The notes below the pieces were generated by a model. That model saw only the letters and a list, made by a program, of their open reading frames with translations. It did no database searches and was not told the origin of the DNA. Positions 32,147 through 41,217 of a stretch of DNA of 64,000 nt are shown piece after piece. Made by a program: the position numbers and the translations under genes. Origin of the DNA: Maritimibacter sp. GTDB lineage: Bacteria > Pseudomonadota > Alphaproteobacteria > Rhodobacterales > Rhodobacteraceae. Within the stretch, counting starts at the first letter, position 1, and every line of letters starts with the position of its first letter. The stretch covers positions 87,280 through 151,279 of the forward strand of contig CAXRHZ010000041.1 in the NCBI GenBank assembly GCA_964230745.1. The letters run 5' to 3'.

Positions 32147-33604
32147 ATGCCACATTTCATGTCGGGACTTGCCAGGCGCGTGACCGCTGCCTGCCTGTCC
32201 GCCACACTTGTCCTGGCGCCCGTTGCGGCCAGTGCCGAGTCGCTCGCCGATGCGATGGTCGCGGCTTACAAGAATTCGGGCCTGCTGGACCAACAGCGCG
32301 CGCTTCTGCGTGCCGAGGACGAGAACGTGGCGGTGGCCGTGTCTGCCCTGCGCCCCGTGTTGTCCTACGCGGCGACAGGCTCATGGAACTTCAACAATCC
32401 TTCGGTCGGCGGCACGGTGCCCGCGGCTTCGGAATCCGTGAGCGGGTCGCTGGCCCTGACCGCGTCGCTCCTGATCTACGACTTCGGGGCAACCGACAAG
32501 CGGATCGAGATCGCGCGCGAGAACGTGCTGATGACGCGCGAGGCGCTCGTCGGGGTTGAGCAGAACGTGTTGCTCAGCGCCGTGAACGCTTATCTCAACG
32601 TGCTGTCGGCGAGCGACTCGGTCGCGCTGCGGGCCAACTCGGTGCGGCTGATCACGCAGGAACTGCGTGCGGCGCGCGACCGGTTCGAGGTTGGTGAGAT
32701 CACGCAGACGGACGTGTCGCTGGCCGAGGCACGGCTGGCGGCGGCCCGTGCCGCCGAAGCCTCGGCACGGGGCAATCTCCTCGTCGCGCGGGAGGCCTAC
32801 AAGGCGGCCGTGGGCCGTGCGCCGGGGCAACTCGCCCCGCCGCCGAACCCGCCCGCTGTCCCCTCGACCGTCGAGGCGGCGAAGTCGCAGGCGCGGGCGC
32901 GCCATCCCGACGTGAAAGCCGCGCAGCGCTCGGTGAGTGTGGCCGAGATGTCGATCGAGCTGGCCAAGCGCAACACCATGCCGACGCTGAACGCCCAGGT
33001 TCAGGCCACGACCGGATTGCGCTCCACGACCACCTATTCCCCGCCGCCGATCGGGACCACGACATCGAGCGGCCCGAATGCCGGTCTGTCGGGGAGCCTG
33101 ACGCTTTCCGGTCCGATCTATTCCGGCGGACGCCTGTCGGCGCTTTATCGCCAGTCGCTCGCGCAGGCGGAAGCGGCGCGAGCGGGACTTCACGTGACGC
33201 TGCGCAACGTGGAACAGGCTGTCGGCAATGCCTGGGCCCAGCTCTCCATCGCGAGCGCGAGCCTCCAGGCGTCGGATCGCCAGATCCGGGCCAGCACGGT
33301 GGCACTGCGCGGCGCGCGGGAGGAGGCGAGGCTGGGCGCACGCACCACGCTCGACGTGCTCAATGCAGAGCAGGAGCTGCTCGACGCGCGCTCCACCGCC
33401 ATCCAGGCCCGGTATGACCAGTACCTCGCGATCTACAACCTGCTGGCCGCGATGGGGCTGCTGACCGCCGACCATCTGCGGCTCGGGATCGCCACCTACG
33501 ACCCGTCGGCCTATTTCAACACCGTGAAGGACGCACCGCTGCGCACGGTGAGCCCGCAGGGCGAGAAGCTGGACCATATCCTTGAGGCGCTGGGAAAACG
33601 CTGA
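32147..33604 (+). CDS. tolC: TolC family outer-membrane efflux protein
   Basis: Signal peptide, SLADAM..AY..S..L, RFEVGEITQTDV..AEAR, GARTTLDVLNAEQEL. Confidence 0.93.
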   Translation: MPHFMSGLARRVTAACLSATLVLAPVAASAESLADAMVAAYKNSGLLDQQRALLRAEDENVAVAVSALRPVLSYAATGSWNFNNPSVGGTVPAASESVSGSLALTASLLIYDFGATDKRIEIARENVLMTREALVGVEQNVLLSAVNAYLNVLSASDSVALRANSVRLITQELRAARDRFEVGEITQTDVSLAEARLAAARAAEASARGNLLVAREAYKAAVGRAPGQLAPPPNPPAVPSTVEAAKSQARARHPDVKAAQRSVSVAEMSIELAKRNTMPTLNAQVQATTGLRSTTTYSPPPIGTTTSSGPNAGLSGSLTLSGPIYSGGRLSALYRQSLAQAEAARAGLHVTLRNVEQAVGNAWAQLSIASASLQASDRQIRASTVALRGAREEARLGARTTLDVLNAEQELLDARSTAIQARYDQYLAIYNLLAAMGLLTADHLRLGIATYDPSAYFNTVKDAPLRTVSPQGEKLDHILEALGKR

Positions 33605-33608
33605 TTTT

Positions 33609-33624
33609 TTAAGGGTTTCCTAAC
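33609..33624 (+). promoter_or_regulatory. CtrA-like box upstream of the PopZ-like gene
   Basis: TTAA-GGGTTTC-CTAAC, one mismatch to TTAA-N7-TTAAC; an additional GGTTAAT half-site at about 33634-40. Confidence 0.5.
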
Positions 33625-33717
33625 TGAAGCATGGGTTAATGCCCATGTGCGGATTGCCCAAAGGGCCGGCGCTGGCTATTCTGAGGACCGGGGCTAAATC
33701 GAGGCGGTAACGAATCC

Positions 33718-34662
33718 ATGTCGGAACCAGTAACGAACCGGGAAATCGAAGACGTTCTGTCGGCGGTGCGGCGACTCGTGTCCGAAACCGGCGCGCCCCG
33801 GCGCGAGGAGCGGGCGAGCGAGATGGCGGGCAAGCTGGTCCTGACGCCGGCCTTCCGTGTGGACAACAAGCCGGAACCGGTCGTGGAGGCCGTTCCGGAG
33901 GCGCCGATGCATGCGGACGCGCCTGACGTGCAGGAGGCGTCGGTCGAAGCCCTAGTGCAGGATACGGTGGACGCTGCGCCTGAAGCGAACATCGCGGAAA
34001 GCGATGAGAGCGGGGCGCCGGAGGACGGCCAGCCGGATGCGATCGACGCGGCGCTGGCGGCACTCAAGGCAGACTCAGGCGCGGAGGTTGGCGAGACATC
34101 CGCGGCTGGCCCCGCCCCGGAAGACTCCGTGGCAGAGGTGACCGAGACGCTCGAGGAGCGGATCGCGGAGCTCGAGGCCGTGGTCACGGCGCCCGAAACG
34201 GAGGAATGGGAGCCGGACGGATCGGAAGAGGCCGATGCGCCGCGGACCGTCCTGTTCCGCCACAGCACGCCTTTCGCTTCGGTCTCCGACCCTGAACCCA
34301 CGGATGCGCCGGAGGCGGACGCCGATCCGGTGGACCTGTCGGAGGCCCCCTTTGCCGAGGCGGCCGACTGGGAGGACGTGGAGGAAGAGGCGATGTCCTT
34401 CGGAGCCGGTCCCGAAACGCTCGAGGCGGAAGAAGAGACGCTGTATTCTGCCGCGGATTACGACGATGCCGATACGACCCCCCTGTCCGGCGAAGGCGAC
34501 GGGGACGACATGGTCATCGACGAGGACATGCTCCGTGAAATCGTCGGGCGGCTCGTGCGGGAAGAACTCCAGGGCACGATGGGTGAGCGCATCACCCGCA
34601 ACCTGCGCCGCATGGTGCGCCGCGAGATCGCGCGCGCGATGGCGCTCAAGGATTTCGACTGA
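33718..34662 (+). CDS. acidic, largely disordered protein with PopZ-like architecture
   Basis: N-terminal EIEDVLSAVRRLVSE helix, E/D/A/P-rich middle, C-terminal helices MLREIVGRLVREELQG...RRMVRREIARAM; directly after pcm-tolC. Confidence 0.65.
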   Translation: MSEPVTNREIEDVLSAVRRLVSETGAPRREERASEMAGKLVLTPAFRVDNKPEPVVEAVPEAPMHADAPDVQEASVEALVQDTVDAAPEANIAESDESGAPEDGQPDAIDAALAALKADSGAEVGETSAAGPAPEDSVAEVTETLEERIAELEAVVTAPETEEWEPDGSEEADAPRTVLFRHSTPFASVSDPEPTDAPEADADPVDLSEAPFAEAADWEDVEEEAMSFGAGPETLEAEEETLYSAADYDDADTTPLSGEGDGDDMVIDEDMLREIVGRLVREELQGTMGERITRNLRRMVRREIARAMALKDFD

Positions 34663-34765
34663 CCTTCCGAACCTGAACGTGCGCCTTTCGGCGCGAAACG
34701 ATGCCTCGCACCCGTCCGGAGGGCAGGTGCTCAGGCGGGGCTGCGTGACGTGCGCTTCACACCGT

Positions 34766-36214
34766 TCAGCGGGCGAGCGCGAGGAGCGCGGGCACGTCGA
34801 GGTGGGCTTCGAGGTGATCCGCAAGCGTGTCGAGTGTCGCCTCCACCGTAGCTGAGTAGGACATATCCGATCTAGCCGCGCCCAATTCAGCGAGGAACTG
34901 GCGCCTGAAATCGTCTGAATCGAACATTCCGTGCAGATAGGTGCCGCGGATCCGGCCATTTTCTGAAGTCGCGCCTTCCGGCCGGTCCTCGATGGTAAGC
35001 CAGGGCCGTTCGGTCCCCGGCCCGGTCGTCCGGCCAAGGTGAATCTCGTAGCCCGTAAGGGCGAGGCCCGTATTGCGGGCACGAGCGGCCGTGAGGGCGA
35101 GCCGTTTTTCGGGTTGGAGCCGCGTGGTCACGTCGAGGTGGCCGAGCCCCGCCACTGTGGCCGGGTCGCCTTCGAGCCCGTCGGGATCCTCGATCTGCAT
35201 GCCGAGCATCTGGTAGCCGCCACAGATCCCGAGGACATGGCCGCCGCGCCGGATGTGGGCCGCGAGGTCGATGTCCCAGCCCTGCGCCCTGACGTGGGCG
35301 AGGTCTGCGATGGTCGATTTTGAGCCCGGAAGCAGCACGAGGTCGGCATCGCCGGGCAGGGGAGAGCCGGCCTGGACGATTTCGACCGTGACGCCCGGCT
35401 CGGCCGCGAGCGGGTCGAGGTCGTCGAAATTGGCAATTCGGTTCAGGCGCGGGACAGCGACCTTGAAGGTGCCGCCCGGGCGGGGCGAGGCGAGGTCGAG
35501 GATGTCCTCGGCGGGCAGGCGCCATGCCTCGGCAAACCACGGGAGGACGCCCAGCGAGGGCCAGCCGGTGTGGCGCGTGATCTCGGTCAGCCCGTCGTCG
35601 AACAGGCGCGGGTCGCCCCGGAACTTGTTGATGAGGAAAGCCACGATCCGGTCCCGGTCGCCGGGCGGCAGGACCGCGTGCGTTCCGACGAGCTGCGCGA
35701 TGACGCCGCCCCGGTCGATGTCGCCCGCTAGGACCACGGGCACCCGGGCGGCCTCGGCAAAACCCATGTTGGCGATATCGCCTGTGCGCAGGTTGACTTC
35801 GGCGGGGCTGCCCGCGCCCTCGACGATGACGAGGTCGGCGCTGGCGCGAAGCCGCCCGAAGCTCTCGAGCACTCGGGGGAGGAGTTGTGGCTTCAGCGCG
35901 GCGTAATCGCGGGCCCTGACGGTGGCATGGCGGCGGCCCTGGACGATCACTTGCGCGCCTGTGTCGGTCTCGGGCTTGAGCAGCACGGGGTTCATGTCGG
36001 TCACGGGGTCGCGGCCGGCCGCGCGCGCCTGTAGGGCCTGCGCCCGCCCGATTTCGCCCCCGTCGACTGTCACGGCAGCATTGTTGGACATGTTCTGCGG
36101 CTTGAACGGCGCGACCGAGAGACCCCGGCGAAGGGCCGCGCGTGCGAGCCCCGCAACGAGGAGCGATTTGCCGACGTTGGAGCCGGCCCCCTGGATCATG
36201 ATCGCCCTGGCCAT
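34766..36214 (-). CDS. cobQ: cobyric acid synthase
   Basis: [55 protein letters not shown]. Confidence 0.97.
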   Translation of the reverse strand: MARAIMIQGAGSNVGKSLLVAGLARAALRRGLSVAPFKPQNMSNNAAVTVDGGEIGRAQALQARAAGRDPVTDMNPVLLKPETDTGAQVIVQGRRHATVRARDYAALKPQLLPRVLESFGRLRASADLVIVEGAGSPAEVNLRTGDIANMGFAEAARVPVVLAGDIDRGGVIAQLVGTHAVLPPGDRDRIVAFLINKFRGDPRLFDDGLTEITRHTGWPSLGVLPWFAEAWRLPAEDILDLASPRPGGTFKVAVPRLNRIANFDDLDPLAAEPGVTVEIVQAGSPLPGDADLVLLPGSKSTIADLAHVRAQGWDIDLAAHIRRGGHVLGICGGYQMLGMQIEDPDGLEGDPATVAGLGHLDVTTRLQPEKRLALTAARARNTGLALTGYEIHLGRTTGPGTERPWLTIEDRPEGATSENGRIRGTYLHGMFDSDDFRRQFLAELGAARSDMSYSATVEATLDTLADHLEAHLDVPALLALAR

Positions 36215-36269
36215 GCCACCCGTTAGCGCGCCGGTGAGGCGAGGGGAAGGGGCGGCGGGCCCGGTCGCA

Positions 36270-36307
36270 ACAGAAAAGCGCGCCCCCCCAGGGACGCGCT
36301 TTTCTGT
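36270..36307 (-). terminator. intrinsic terminator downstream of DUF6280-like gene
   Basis: ACAGAAAAGCGCG...CGCGCTTTTCTGT hairpin with A/T tracts on both sides. Confidence 0.8.
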
Positions 36308-36326
36308 GTGCCGGTGATCGCGGGGA

Positions 36327-36647
36327 TCAGGCGGCTTCGGCAGCCTCCGCCGCATGGCGGCGTTCGCTTTCTTCGCGCGACAGCGCGACCGAGGTGCGCA
36401 CACCCTTGGCCACGAAGTCCATCAGGCCGGTCACGACGCGTTCGTTCGGATCGATCCCGGCGCAGGACAGCACTTCGCGCCCGTCGCGCGAGCGCGCCCA
36501 ACGGGCAATCTGGTCCGGGCCGTTTCCGTATTTCTTGTCATCCGCGATGGCATCGTCCAGAGCGGCAAGGACCACGGCGGCGAAGAGTTTTCGCGCCCGG
36601 TTCCCTTGTTCGTGGTTGAAGGCAGTTCCGTCGACGTTGTCGAGCAT
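36327..36647 (-). CDS. conserved hypothetical protein (DUF6280-like)
   Basis: [63 protein letters not shown]; own terminator; divergent from efp; family name from memory. Confidence 0.75.
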   Translation of the reverse strand: MLDNVDGTAFNHEQGNRARKLFAAVVLAALDDAIADDKKYGNGPDQIARWARSRDGREVLSCAGIDPNERVVTGLMDFVAKGVRTSVALSREESERRHAAEAAEAA

Positions 36648-36865
36648 TCCCAGTCCTTTTGTTGTTCTTGTCTTGCACTCGCTGGCGGTCCGGCCAATAT
36701 GCGTTTTTGGCCGCGATTCGATATTGGCTCAAATGCATGGCTGGCATGCACATACCGCATATCGCCGGGTGAAGACACACTAATTCTAGTCGGCTTGCAC
36801 GGGGCAAGCCCCCCGGATATAGGTGCGGCCAAATCATCGTCAACCATCTGCCACGGTTCAGCCTC

Positions 36866-37429
36866 ATGCCCAAAATCAACGGAAACGAGATCCGTCCCGG
36901 TAACGTTCTGGAGCACAACGACGGCCTTTGGGCCGCTGTGAAAGTCGATCACGTCAAGCCCGGGAAGGGCGGGGCCTTTGCCCAGGTCGAACTCCGCAAC
37001 CTTCGTAACGGGTCAAAACTTAACGAGCGATTTCGCTCGGCGGACAAAGTGGAGCGCGTGCGGCTCGAGCAGAAGGACATGCAGTTCCTCTACGAATCCG
37101 ACGGCATGCTGACCTTCATGGACACCGAAACTTTCGACCAGGTCGAGCTTCCGGCCGAGATCCTGGGCGAGCGTCGCCCCTTCCTTCAAGACGGCATGAC
37201 GATCGTGGTCGAGTTCTACGAGAGCGAGGCGCTGAACGCGACGCTGCCGCAGAAGGTCACCTGCACGGTGGAGGAAACCGAGCCGGTGGTGAAGGGTCAG
37301 ACGGCCGCCAACAGCTTCAAGCCGGCGGTGCTCGACAACGGCGTCCGGATTACCGTCCCGCCGTTCGTGGGGCAGGGCGAGGCGATCATCGTGAACACCG
37401 AAACGATGGAATACTCCGAGCGCGCTTGA
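36866..37429 (+). CDS. efp: elongation factor P
   Basis: [31 protein letters not shown]. Confidence 0.98.
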   Translation: MPKINGNEIRPGNVLEHNDGLWAAVKVDHVKPGKGGAFAQVELRNLRNGSKLNERFRSADKVERVRLEQKDMQFLYESDGMLTFMDTETFDQVELPAEILGERRPFLQDGMTIVVEFYESEALNATLPQKVTCTVEETEPVVKGQTAANSFKPAVLDNGVRITVPPFVGQGEAIIVNTETMEYSERA

Positions 37430-37451
37430 CGTATTGCGATATTCGAGACGA

Positions 37452-37489
37452 GAAAAGCGCCGCCCATGCAGGTGGCGCTTTTCATTTTC
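37452..37489 (+). terminator. efp terminator
   Basis: GAAAAGCGCC...GGCGCTTTTCATTTT. Confidence 0.8.
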
Positions 37490-37510
37490 GGACATCAAGG
37501 TCAGGCCTGT

Positions 37511-38317
37511 TCAGACCCCGAGCCGCGTGAGCAGACCGTCCACCATACCGCGATATCCGGCCCCGAAGAGGCGGAGGTGAACAAGGGCGGGCCAGAGGGT
37601 GTAGACGTGCCGCCGTTCCTCCCACCCCGGCTCGAGCGGTCCGTAGCTGTCGGCGAACCGGGCGCCCGGCGTGCCGAACAAGTGCAGCATTGCGAGGTCG
37701 ACCTCCGGGTCGCCCCAGTAAGAGGCCGGGTCGATCAGGTGGACCCGGGGGGCGGGCCCGAAGAGCAGGTTGCCGGTCCACAGATCGCCGTGCAGCAAGG
37801 CGGGACGCGGGCGTCGCGGCAGGATCTGCGGCAGCCGTTCGGCAAGGTTCGCGATGCGCGGAGCCAGCCCGCCGGGCAGGTGCGGCGTGTGAACGAGGAG
37901 CCGGTTCGCGGACCAGAATTCCGGCCAGTCCTCTTGCGGTGTGTTCACGATCCCGACGGGGCCGAAGGCGTAATCCTCGTCCCACCCGTAATGCGGCCCG
38001 GCCGCCGCGTGGAGGGTGCGCAGGGCAGTGCCGACCGCCGCCCATGACGTTGCGTCAGCCCGCCCCTCTTCCAGCGCTTCGATGAGCAGAACCTCTTCGG
38101 ACACCCCGATCACGGCCGGGACGGGCGCACCGGCCTCCGCCATCGCGGCAAGCATCCTGGCTTCGCGCGCGACCATCGGGCCGGTCTTGGCGACCACCCG
38201 GTCGCCGCCCTGAAGCGTCAGCATCGTCACCTCGCTCAGGTCGCCGCCGTGGAGCGCCCGCCGGCCGGCGATGCGGTCGGCGGTGATCCGTGAAACGGCG
38301 CGGTCTAGGGCGTCCAT
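37511..38317 (-). CDS. fructosamine kinase family protein
   Basis: REARML..M, LLHGDLWTGN, LIDPASYWGDPEVDLAM. Confidence 0.9.
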   Translation of the reverse strand: MDALDRAVSRITADRIAGRRALHGGDLSEVTMLTLQGGDRVVAKTGPMVAREARMLAAMAEAGAPVPAVIGVSEEVLLIEALEEGRADATSWAAVGTALRTLHAAAGPHYGWDEDYAFGPVGIVNTPQEDWPEFWSANRLLVHTPHLPGGLAPRIANLAERLPQILPRRPRPALLHGDLWTGNLLFGPAPRVHLIDPASYWGDPEVDLAMLHLFGTPGARFADSYGPLEPGWEERRHVYTLWPALVHLRLFGAGYRGMVDGLLTRLGV

Positions 38318-39054
38318 GTCACGCGGGCTTGGCCGGCGGTCATCGGACCCTTTGCCCGGTCGAACCGCAGGTAGGCGAGCGCTTGGCCACCCGCGCGGGT
38401 GTGGAGCGTGCCGGCAGGCTTGCCGTCTTCGGTCAGGATGTCCGTACCGGGATCGGCCGCGCCGTCGACCGACACCGTCACGACGCCCTTGCGCAGCTCG
38501 GTCTTGTGCTTCATCCGCGCGGTGACCTCCTGCCCGACGAAGCAGCCCTTGCGGAAGTCGACGCCGTTCAGCCGGTCGAACCCCGCTTCGAGGATGAAGG
38601 TATCGGGGGTGAGCTCGGTCCCGGTGGCGGGCACGCCATGCTCGACGCGCAGCGCCTCCCAGTCCGTTTCCGGCGCCTCTCCCGGCGCGTCAGCGTAGAG
38701 ACGCCAGCCAAGGGCCGGGTGGCGCGGGTCGGGATTCGCGCCGTCGGGCGGGTCGCCGAGGCCGCGCAGAGCTTGAAGCCCGGTCTCCTCGATCGCCACG
38801 TCCGCGCGCAGCTTGTACATCGTCAGTTTCTGCGCGAGCGCGGGTGCCACGCTATCGTCCACGTCGACGAGGATCGCGTCCTCGGTGTCGAGCAGGAAGA
38901 AGTCCGCGATATACTTGCCCTGCGGCGTCAGGAGCGCGGCATAGGTCAGCCCGCCCTCGGTCAGGTTGTTGGTCACGAGGTTCTCGATAAATGTCTTTCG
39001 GTCCCCGCCGGTGACGCGAAAAATCGTGCGGTTTTCGTGGGTTTCCCCGGTCAT
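38305..39054 (-). CDS. ygfZ: YgfZ/Iba57 folate-binding Fe-S/tRNA-modification protein
   Basis: LLTPQGK, MYKLRADV, VDFRKGCFVGQEVTARM. Confidence 0.92.
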   Translation of the reverse strand: MTGETHENRTIFRVTGGDRKTFIENLVTNNLTEGGLTYAALLTPQGKYIADFFLLDTEDAILVDVDDSVAPALAQKLTMYKLRADVAIEETGLQALRGLGDPPDGANPDPRHPALGWRLYADAPGEAPETDWEALRVEHGVPATGTELTPDTFILEAGFDRLNGVDFRKGCFVGQEVTARMKHKTELRKGVVTVSVDGAADPGTDILTEDGKPAGTLHTRAGGQALAYLRFDRAKGPMTAGQARVTWTP

Positions 39055-39114
39055 CGCTTTCCCCTGCCTGTGTCACGGGTAATATAATCACCCTGTTTCC
39101 CGTGAGAAGGTCCC

Positions 39115-39789
39115 ATGCGCGCGCCCCTGTCCATCGTCATACCCACGCTCGAGGCCGAGGGCGACCTTCCCGCGCTGCTCGTGGCGCTGATGGAGGGGGT
39201 CGAGGCGGGGATCGTGCGCGAATTGATCGTGAGCGACGGCGGATCGACCGGCGCGACACGCACCATCGCGGAGGAGGTCGGGGCGGTCTGGCTCTCGGGG
39301 CCCGCTGGCCGGGGCGGGCAGCTTGCGCGCGGTGTGGCGCGGGCCGGGGGCGACTGGATTCTCGTCCTTCATGCCGACAGCACTCCCGGCCCGGGCTGGG
39401 TCGAAGCGGTGGAGCGCGGTATTGCGCGCGGCGGGCCGGGATACTTTCGCCTCCGGTTCCGGGCGCGTGGCGTGGGGCCGCGGGTGACGGCCGGCTGGGC
39501 CAACATGCGCGCCGGGCTCTTCGGGTTGCCCTTCGGCGACCAGGGGCTTCTGGTGTCGCGCGCCGACTACGACGCGGCCGGTGGCTATCCGGATATCCCG
39601 TTGATGGAGGACATGGCGCTCGTCCGGGCCCTGCCGCGCCCGCGCCCGCTCGACGCCTGGGTCGAGACGGGGTGGACCCGCTACGCGGGCGGCTGGATCG
39701 GTCAGGGTGCGCGCAACCTCTGGCGCCAGTTGCGGTTTCTCGCGGGCGCCGATCCTGCGCGGCTCGCCCGCGGCTACCGGCGCGATTGA
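39115..39789 (+). CDS. GT2 glycosyltransferase (TIGR04283-like)
   Basis: LSIVIPTL, VSDGGS.G.T, GRGGQL..G, LVLHADS, LPFGDQGL, PLMED. Confidence 0.85.
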   Translation: MRAPLSIVIPTLEAEGDLPALLVALMEGVEAGIVRELIVSDGGSTGATRTIAEEVGAVWLSGPAGRGGQLARGVARAGGDWILVLHADSTPGPGWVEAVERGIARGGPGYFRLRFRARGVGPRVTAGWANMRAGLFGLPFGDQGLLVSRADYDAAGGYPDIPLMEDMALVRALPRPRPLDAWVETGWTRYAGGWIGQGARNLWRQLRFLAGADPARLARGYRRD

Positions 39790-39839
39790 CCTTGCCCGGC
39801 GCCGGGGCTACCGATTCCGGCGAGTTACGGAGTGCTCCC

Positions 39840-41033
39840 ATGAACCTGTCTTCCGGTCGCGATTACCTCGCCATTCCCGGCCCGTCCGTGTCCCCCGAGC
39901 GGGTGTTGAACGCGATGCACACGTCGTCGCCCAATATCTACGAGGGGGGACTGGTGGACGTGGTCGCGGACATGATCCCCGACCTCAAGGCCGTGGCGCG
40001 CACGAAGGGCGATGTCGCCATCTATATCGCGAACGGTCACGGGGCGTGGGAGGCTGCGGCGATGAACGTGCTCGCGCCGGGGGACACCGCGCTGGTTCTG
40101 GCCACGGGGCGGTTCGCTGCGCTCTGGGGCATGATCTGCAACCGCATGGGGATCGAGACCGAGGTGATCGACTTCGGGCGCAAATCGCCGCTGGACCCCG
40201 CACGGGTGGAAGAGGCGCTGAAGGCCGACACGTCCCACCGGATCAAGGCGGTGCTCACGGTGCAGACCGATACGGCGACGGGCATCCTGAACGACATCGC
40301 CGGCCTGCGCGCGGCGATGGACCGGGCGGGGCACCCCGCGCTCCTCATGGTCGATTGCATCGCCTCGCTCGCCTGCGACCGGTTCGAGATGGACGACTGG
40401 GGCGTGGACGTGATGGTGGCTGCCAGCCAGAAGGGGCTGATGACCCCGCCGGGGCTGGGCTTCGTGTTCTTCGGGGACAAGGCCAAGGCGCGGCAGAACC
40501 CCGACGTGAGCTATTACTGGGACTGGCGCCCGCGCGTGGAGCCGGAGGGATTCTACCAGTATTTCGGGGGCACCGCGCCGACGCATCACCTGCTGGGCCT
40601 TCGCGCCGCGCTCGACCTCATCGCCGAGGAGGGCGGGGTCGAGGTGGTCTGGCGGCGCCACGATCAGCTTGCCCGCGCGGCCTGGGCGGCGTTCGAGGCC
40701 TGGGGGCAGGGCGGGCCGATGGAGATCAACGTGGCCGATCCCGCCCACCGGTCGCGCGCCGTCACCGCGCTCGCCCTCGGGGCCGACAACGGCACGCGGC
40801 TGAGACGCTGGGTCGAGGGCAATGGCGGCGTGACGCTGGGGATCGGGCTGGGCATGTCCGCGCCGAACGACCCCAAGGGCGACGGATTCTTCCGACTGGG
40901 GCACATGGGGCACGTGAATGCCCACATGATCCTCGGCGCACTCGGCGTGATCGAGGCGGGGCTTCGGGCGCTGGACATTCCCCACGGCGACGGCGCTCTG
41001 GGCGCGGCGGCCGAGGTCATCGCCCGGGGCTAG
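39840..41033 (+). CDS. class V aminotransferase (alanine/serine-glyoxylate type)
   Basis: AIPGPS, NGHGAWEAA, VDCIASL, AASQKGLM.PPGL, FRLGHMG. Confidence 0.9.
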   Translation: MNLSSGRDYLAIPGPSVSPERVLNAMHTSSPNIYEGGLVDVVADMIPDLKAVARTKGDVAIYIANGHGAWEAAAMNVLAPGDTALVLATGRFAALWGMICNRMGIETEVIDFGRKSPLDPARVEEALKADTSHRIKAVLTVQTDTATGILNDIAGLRAAMDRAGHPALLMVDCIASLACDRFEMDDWGVDVMVAASQKGLMTPPGLGFVFFGDKAKARQNPDVSYYWDWRPRVEPEGFYQYFGGTAPTHHLLGLRAALDLIAEEGGVEVVWRRHDQLARAAWAAFEAWGQGGPMEINVADPAHRSRAVTALALGADNGTRLRRWVEGNGGVTLGIGLGMSAPNDPKGDGFFRLGHMGHVNAHMILGALGVIEAGLRALDIPHGDGALGAAAEVIARG

Positions 41034-41197
41034 GTCCCGGGCGGCGCTCCCCGCCTCAATCAAGAGTGGGCTTTCGACCACCGGCCTGTGCAAGCCAGGC
41101 CGCGCAGAAACCCCTGTTCCATCACGATAAACTGCCACGCGCTGCGGCCCGGTGGCCGGAGCTCAACGTGGGCGATTGAAATGCGCGGATCTTTTCG

Positions 41198-41213
41198 TTA
41201 ACCCATGAGTTAG
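41198..41213. promoter_or_regulatory. imperfect 16-bp palindrome just upstream of the TPP enzyme gene
   Basis: TTAACCCATGAGTTAG; 12 of 16 positions self-complementary. Confidence 0.4.
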
Positions 41214-41217
41214 CAAA

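Noticed and set aside
36215-36326. Cobalamin riboswitch upstream of cobQ
   Set aside because: No B12-box (GGGAA...GCCACTG) recognizable; the gap is short and holds a terminator hairpin.
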